Source: Octopus bimaculoides (Eukaryota). From it: a DNA stretch of 39,439 bases. The notes beneath the pieces were generated by a model. The model was not told the origin of the DNA. It saw only the letters and a program-made list of their open reading frames with translations, and did not search any database. The position numbers and the translations under genes are program-made. Positions 33,575-39,439 of the stretch are shown in pieces (within the stretch, counting starts at the first letter, position 1; each line of letters opens with the position of its first letter). The DNA lies in contig NC_068991.1 of NCBI RefSeq assembly GCF_001194135.2, positions 45,183,432 to 45,222,870 of the forward strand, written 5' to 3'.

Positions 33575-33835
33575 AGTCGCTCGACTGTTAGAAATTGCCG
33601 CCAAAATATCGCTCAAATTACATCCCAATGTCTTGAACAATGAAAGCGTAAAATAAGTAACATAATTCTTAGTGGTAGAAATATAGGATAGCCATGGCTC
33701 GAATGCCTATGAGGATAGGTGTACTCGGCCAGGGCTGACCTGGTGATGCTATGGTCCTTGGATACATCATGGCTCAAGAGAAAAGACTGGATAGTCATGG
33801 CTGGAATGACTTTTCAATGGAGGCCAAGAGCCAAA
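33575..33835 (-). mobile_element. Family D repeat, reverse copy
   Basis: GTCGCTCGACTGTTAGAAATTGCCGCCAAA..CTCAAATTACA..CAGGGCTGACCTGG..GTCATGGCTGGAATG contains reverse complements of CCAGGTCAGCCC and GATTTGAG..TTTGGC..ATTTCTAG. Confidence 0.65.
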
Positions 33836-33839
33836 TTTC

Positions 33840-33846
33840 ATCATCG

Positions 33847-33894
<48 letters not shown>

Positions 33895-34433
33895 ACAACA
33901 ACAGCAGCAGCAATAACAACAACATCGACAGCGTCGGCAACTGCAGAGAATCACTTTTTGTTTCATTTTAATCATTACTAACCATCTTCCGCCACCTCAA
34001 CCACCACCGCCGCCGCTATTGCCGCCACTATCACCACCATCCCCATCACCGCCACCTCCACCACCTCCTCCACCAACAACAATATTGACACAGACACTAC
34101 AACCAATAATACTACCATTACCAATACAACCAGAACCACCACCACCACAGACAGCAACAATAATCATTGCAACAATATTTTACACCACCATCCCCACCAC
34201 TGACACGATTACCACAAATACATCACACCAATCCTTACCACGACGACGACGACCACCACCACCACCACTGCCGCCGCCACCACCATCACCACCATCACCA
34301 GCTACCATCATCGCTACCACCATCATCATCGTAAAATCAATATAAAGCCGCAACAACCACTCTCTGTTGCAGTAATAGTTGAAATGATATTACTGTAGTA
34401 ATACTAATAGCAGAGGCAGCCGCAGTAGCAGTC

Positions 34434-34493
<60 letters not shown>

Positions 34494-34612
34494 ATGGTGG
34501 TGGTGGTAATGATGGTGGTTCCGGCGGCGGCGATAGCGGCGGTGGATGTGGCGGTGGTGGTTTTGGTGGTAGTGGTGGTGATGGTAGAATTAGTAGTAGT
34601 AGTAGTAGTAGT
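33840..34612. repeat. (CAT)n, CAC/ACC-rich, (TAG)n and GGT-rich trinucleotide low-complexity region
   Basis: Directly visible. Confidence 0.92.
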
Positions 34613-34674
34613 ATCCACACAAACACTGAAAATGAGACTGGAGCCTTGTGCTTATATTCGAATCCACTAGAATG

Positions 34675-34800
34675 CAGAATCGTTTAAACGTTGGGGAAAA
34701 AAATACGTTTCGGCATTTCTTTCAGCTGTTTATGTCGTGAGTCGAAATTCCGCTTAACTCAACCTTACCATTCATCCTTTCGGGCTTCGAGAATCAAATA
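34675..34800 (+). mobile_element. SINE family A, old degenerate copy
   Basis: GCAGAATCGTT..GGCATTTC..GAGTCGAAATTCCGC..CAACCTTACCATTCATCCTTTCGGG. Confidence 0.55.
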
Positions 34801-35192
34801 CAGGTTGAATCTCTTTTGCCTGGCATTTTGTGTTCCGGCAACTTTCATAGTCCGCCATGTTTTGAATCTGCCGCCATCAGTTTGCGAATCTGCCACCGGG
34901 TCGGCACTGTTAGGCACCAGACTTGTTTATGTTTGCCTTGGAACAACCAGCTAATTGTCTTGATACAATTCTATTAATTTCTAATCAGCTGTATTAGTCG
35001 TTTCGGGATGTCATCGGAGAGACCAAAAGCTAGAGAAGATGGCGTTAGTGCTGAAAAGCGCGAACATACAGCATCATCTGTACTTGAAAAGGTGATGTCA
35101 CTGAAAAAATCGGAAAAAGGAAATTCGGTTAGAGCTTGTAAGAGTACTGTGGTGTCGGATCATCGACTGAGAATAATTTAAGGAAACAAAAG
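34801..35192 (+). mobile_element. 5' remnant of a pogo/Tigger (Jerky/CENP-B-like) DNA transposon
   Basis: Putative TA|CAGGTTGAATCTC terminus. ATG at 35008 gives MSSERP..EKREHTASSVLEKVMSLKKSEKGNSVRA, and a frameshifted continuation gives EYCGVGSSTENNLRKQK. This matches the psq-type HTH N-terminus (KRKH...EK...LKKL..G.SV......YGVG.ST..D..KQK) of Tigger/Jerky transposases. Confidence 0.65.
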
Positions 35193-35516
35193 GGTTTTCA
35201 ATTTTAATTTTTAAAATTCTAGTTATCATCTTTCTTTCAATTTTGTTTCCATTTCTTACCGAGTGTCTTCCCGACATCTAGGACAAAGAAACTCATTGTA
35301 GACATTGGTAAGCCATTAAAATAGCACACAATATTATTTCGTTTTTGTATCTGGTTTGCAAAATTCTTTATGTGAATTCGTGAGTTGGAATAAATTTTGT
35401 TGTGTCTAGGGAAAGTCATTATGTCAATATTATCAACACACGCATTGGTTCAATTCCACTCCTTTATCATTAGTCAAGTGGTTAAATATCCAACTAACTA
35501 ATCAGTTGTTTGTTTA

Positions 35517-35580
35517 ATTTGGTTAAACAGTAAGTCAATTGTAAAGTCATTTGGTTAAACAGTAAGTCATTTGTAAAGTC
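35517..35580. repeat. Two tandem 32-bp copies of ATTTGGTTAAACAGTAAGTCA(A/T)TTGTAAAGTC
   Basis: Directly visible; one mismatch. Confidence 0.9.
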
Positions 35581-35864
35581 ATTTGTAAAAAAAAAACATA
35601 ACAAATTATGGTAATGATGAACCGGTTCACCATTACCATCTGTCGGATCACTACTTTTTGTTCTTCTTTGGGGAACATTGCTAGTGGAGCAGTCATATTT
35701 ATTCTGTAAAGCCAGAAAGAAAAATGGCACGATTAGGCTTAAAGTTCGATCACGTGACCACAATAGTATCAACTATAAACATGCATGCGCAGAAAGCAGT
35801 GTGGCAATAATAAAGATATGTTATGGTGAAAGTGCAAATAAGTTTTGACTTCCGCTAGTACATA

Positions 35865-36310
35865 GGCACAGGCGTGGATGTGTGGTAAGAAGTTAGGTTC
35901 CCAACCACATGGTTCCGGGTTCGGTCCCACTATATGACACCTTGGGCAAGTAGTCTTTTTACTATAGCCTCAGGTCGACCAAAATTCGTTTCGCAATCTC
36001 AAGGCTCCTGGTTCGAACCACCAGCATGGCATCTTTGACAAATGTAATTTTTTTGTATCCTTGAGTCGACCCATTCCTTATGAGTGAAAACGAGTGACAG
36101 AAACTGCACAGAGGCTCGCCGGGTGGATTGTACTGGTAATTCAAAAGGTATAGCCTTGTCAGACACGCAATGTCACGCTGATTCTACCTGAATATTACAT
36201 TAAGGGTACATGGGTCTTTGGAATATACATAATCACTTACACATTAATTCGAGAGCAGGTAATTCTTTTGATAGAATAACTGAATCCTCACCATCGAACG
36301 ACGGATATCC
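35865..36310 (+). mobile_element. Composite SINE region: family B head/core followed by a family C-type 3' half
   Basis: 35865-35980 is the family B head (GGTTCGGTCCCAC..ACCTTGGGCAAGT..TATAGCCTC). About 36145-36310 (CAAAAGGTATAGCCTTGTCA..TACATTAAGGGTACA..CACTTACACATTAATT..GAGCAGG) matches family C. Confidence 0.6.
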
Positions 36311-36446
36311 ATTGGATAAGAGGAAGGAAACCGGGCGCGTCATCTCTGAGCAGCGGTCGACACTAAATAAATATCTATTGAAGCCTTATAAATAAATATA
36401 AATATCTATTGTGACCTTGGCCTGTTGTCAGAAAACATTAATATTA

Positions 36447-36856
36447 GGCGCAGGAGTGGCTGTGTGGTAAGTAGCTTGCTTACCAACCACATGGTTCCGG
36501 GTTCAGGCCCACTGCGTGGCACCTTGGGCAAGTCTCTTCTACTATAGCCTCGGGCCGACCAAAGCCTTGTGAGTGGATTTGGTAGACGGAAACTGAAAGA
36601 AGCCCGTCGTATATATGTATATATATATATGTGTGTATGTGTTTATGTGTCTGTGTTTGTCCCTCCAACATCGCTTGACAACCGATGCTGGCATATATAT
36701 ATGTCCCCGTCACTCGGCAAAAGAGAACGATAGAATAAGTACTAGGCTTACAAAGAATAAGTCCTGGGGTCGATTTGCTCGACTAAAAGGCGGTGCTCCA
36801 GCATGGCCGCAGTCAAATGACTGAAACAAGTAAAAGAGTAAAGAGTAAAAGAGTAT
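36447..36856 (+). mobile_element. SINE family B, best-preserved full-length copy (tRNA head, CORE-like domain, internal TA/TG microsatellite, (TAAAAGAG)3 tail)
   Basis: GGCGCAGGAGTGGCTGTGTGGTAAG (A-box-like), GGTTCAGGCCC (B-box-like), ACCTTGGGCAAGT..CTTCT..AGCCT (similar to the MIR/CORE domain), tail ending TGACTGAAACAAG(TAAAAGAG)x3. Possibly one of the described octopus OR-type SINEs; not verified. Confidence 0.92.
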
Positions 36857-36874
36857 TATCCTCCATTACTATTA

Positions 36875-36990
36875 GAATCGGTAGATGTGCCGACCAAACG
36901 ACTGCATCTTATTGCTATAGCCCTTTCGTTAAAGTTGAGTTCAAATCCTGCCAAATTTTTCCGTCCTTTTTCCAGGGTTGATTTGGTATT
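36875..36990 (+). mobile_element. SINE family A head, degenerate
   Basis: GAATCGGTAG..TTGAGTTCAAATCCTGCC (B-box) ..GTCCTTTT..GGGTTGAT. Confidence 0.5.
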
Positions 36991-37604
36991 CCTATAAAAC
37001 GTCTAAGATGTAAATGGACTTATAATAGACACCAGTATATTAGACATGCAGATCAACCCAAGTAACCAGGTATATTAGACACCAGTATAATAGACACCCA
37101 GATAAACTTAGATACATCAATACCCAACGATGTTCGAAACGTAACAACTATAACATAGGCACATAAGATTATGGAGCCATAGATTATGGCTACATTATTT
37201 TGTGCCTTTATGTTTCTAAGAAGTTGGGTTACGCTAGGTAAGTAGTACAGCACATTTTAATTTTAATTCTGCTGACAATAATGACAGATTAACAGAAACG
37301 GGACATGAAGGTGTTTATTGTACAACAATTTTAGTGAAGATGCCTCGTGAGGAGAGAAAAGTCTCAACTTTAGGTGAAAGGTGATTTGACAACGTAGGAA
37401 GAATAGTGTAAAGAGGTTAGTGGAAGAAAGTGTGAAAAAAAAGAAAAAAAAGGAATTGGGTGAAAGGTAGAGTCAAGAATTATACGAAGAGGTAATTGCA
37501 GGCAGCAAGAAAAGTAGAGATTAAGACATGAGTCGTAAGGGAGAAAGACTGGTAGAGTAGTGTAATCTAACATGCGCTTCAGCCTGTGGAGGACTGGTCA
37601 CTAA

Positions 37605-37616
37605 CGCGCGCACGCT

Positions 37617-37647
<31 letters not shown>

Positions 37648-37840
37648 ACATATACACACTTTTACACTTAAGAATACATACAAACAATTACATATGTGTG
37701 TGTGTGTGCGCGCGTGTGTGTATACAGAGAGACAGAGTGAAAGAGAGAGAAATACTTATACATAATACATATATACATATAAATATATGAATATATATGC
37801 TTGTGTGTATGAGTGTGTGTATGTATATTATATATCATAT

Positions 37841-37920
<80 letters not shown>

Positions 37921-38702
37921 NNNNNNNNNNNNNNNNNNNNNNNNNNNNNNNNNNNNNNNNNNNNNNNNNNNNNNNNNNNNNNNNNNNNNNNNNNNNNNNN
38001 NNNNNNNNNNNNNNNNNNNNNNNNNNNNNNNNNNNNNNNNNNNNNNNNNNNNNNNNNNNNNNNNNNNNNNNNNNNNNNNNNNNNNNNNNNNNNNNNNNNN
38101 NNNNNNNNNNNNNNNNNNNNNNNNNNNNNNNNNNNNNNNNNNNNNNNNNNNNNNNNNNNNNNNNNNNNNNNNNNNNNNNNNNNNNNNNNNNNNNNNNNNN
38201 NNNNNNNNNNNNNNNNNNNNNNNNNNNNNNNNNNNNNNNNNNNNNNNNNNNNNNNNNNNNNNNNNNNNNNNNNNNNNNNNNNNNNNNNNNNNNNNNNNNN
38301 NNNNNNNNNNNNNNNNNNNNNNNNNNNNNNNNNNNNNNNNNNNNNNNNNNNNNNNNNNNNNNNNNNNNNNNNNNNNNNNNNNNNNNNNNNNNNNNNNNNN
38401 NNNNNNNNNNNNNNNNNNNNNNNNNNNNNNNNNNNNNNNNNNNNNNNNNNNNNNNNNNNNNNNNNNNNNNNNNNNNNNNNNNNNNNNNNNNNNNNNNNNN
38501 NNNNNNNNNNNNNNNNNNNNNNNNNNNNNNNNNNNNNNNNNNNNNNNNNNNNNNNNNNNNNNNNNNNNNNNNNNNNNNNNNNNNNNNNNNNNNNNNNNNN
38601 NNNNNNNNNNNNNNNNNNNNNNNNNNNNNNNNNNNNNNNNNNNNNNNNNNNNNNNNNNNNNNNNNNNNNNNNNNNNNNNNNNNTATATATATATATATAT
38701 CT
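37605..38702. repeat. (CA)n/(TG)n/(TA)n microsatellites and gap N 37921-38683
   Basis: Directly visible. Confidence 0.95.
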
Positions 38703-39022
38703 TTACACATACGTACATAGACACCTGCCTAATTTAGCTCCATTATAATAAGAACAGCAATGCGGGAGGTGGGGGAAGAGAAAAAGCGGTGAGAGGCCGA
38801 CCGGGTTCCAAGAAATGTCTATTACTAGTAATCACAGGGTTTTGCGTTCAAATAATTGACACACACGTGAAAGAAGCGGGGAAAACAAGGAAACCTCTAC
38901 AGCAGATAACAGCTTGTCCCTCAAATCACACGTTACAATAAAGGTGATATTCCAGCATAGTCATGATGACTGAAAAGAAAAAAACTTAAATGTCACATTG
39001 GTCAATATATCTCTATACGCAT

Positions 39023-39058
39023 GCGCGCACGGAAATACAGGCGCGCACGGAAATACAG
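39023..39058. repeat. Tandem duplication of the 18-mer GCGCGCACGGAAATACAG
   Basis: Two perfect copies. Confidence 0.9.
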
Positions 39059-39211
39059 GCGTCCGAGCAAACACAAATGACGTTTTTTCAATTCACTGGA
39101 AATTTTTTTTCGCACTCTGTAAGTTAGTATCTTACCCCGCGCTTAACTATGTATTCTTCATTCAGAAGGTACTATTACGAAATTTGTTTTTGTCTATGCG
39201 CTGTGTTTATA

Positions 39212-39439
39212 GGCGCAGGCATGGTCGAATGGCTAACAACCTCGCTTTTCCATCACATGACTTCAAGTTCAGTCACACTGCGCGGTACCTTACGCATGTA
39301 TGTTCTACTGTAACCCCGGAGCTACTAATGCCTAATAAATCAGCTTGGTAGACGGAAATTGTGTAAATCCATATTGTGTACGTATGTATGTAGTATTTAT
39401 GTATGTATGTGTGTGCATATATATATATATATATATATA
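39212..39439 (+). mobile_element. SINE family B head, degenerate, running into its internal TATG microsatellite at the window end
   Basis: GGCGCAGGCATGG..AAGTTCAGTCACACTGCGCGGTACCTT..TTGGTAGACGGAAATTG, then TATG repeats. Confidence 0.75.

Noticed and set aside
31903-34670. Poly-Pro/Thr/Leu/His ORFs resembling extensins or mucins
   Set aside because: Trinucleotide microsatellites open in several frames on both strands; no splice or domain support.

Overview
Eukaryotic, AT-rich, repeat-dominated non-coding window. It has 10 assembly gaps (about 4.5 kb of N), nearly all flanked by microsatellites. The SINE types, microsatellite load and gap pattern point to an octopus (coleoid cephalopod) short-read assembly; this is inference. 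No intact host protein-coding gene, rRNA, tRNA or CRISPR array is supportable, and most ORFs in the track are microsatellite or N artefacts. The readable content is a fossil record of mobile DNA. DNA transposon remnants: a Tc1, two mariners (one a 182-bp TIR-bounded deletion derivative) and a pogo/Tigger (Jerky-like) 5' remnant. Non-autonomous elements: a Helentron-type element and a young 632-bp element with 187-bp TIRs, TGT..ACA ends and a GGTG target duplication (Ginger-like). The latter sits inside an R4/Dong-type restriction-endonuclease LINE. Three tRNA-headed SINE families are present (labelled A, B, C here; two head-to-head inverted pairs, one nested insertion with a TSD), plus an unclassified repeat (family D) associated with trinucleotide tracts. 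Seven inverted-repeat structures cluster between 24.5 and 27.5 kb, including a 39-bp-stem hairpin. I found no convincing novel protein-coding system. The most promising leads are transposon-biology and dsRNA-structure observations.
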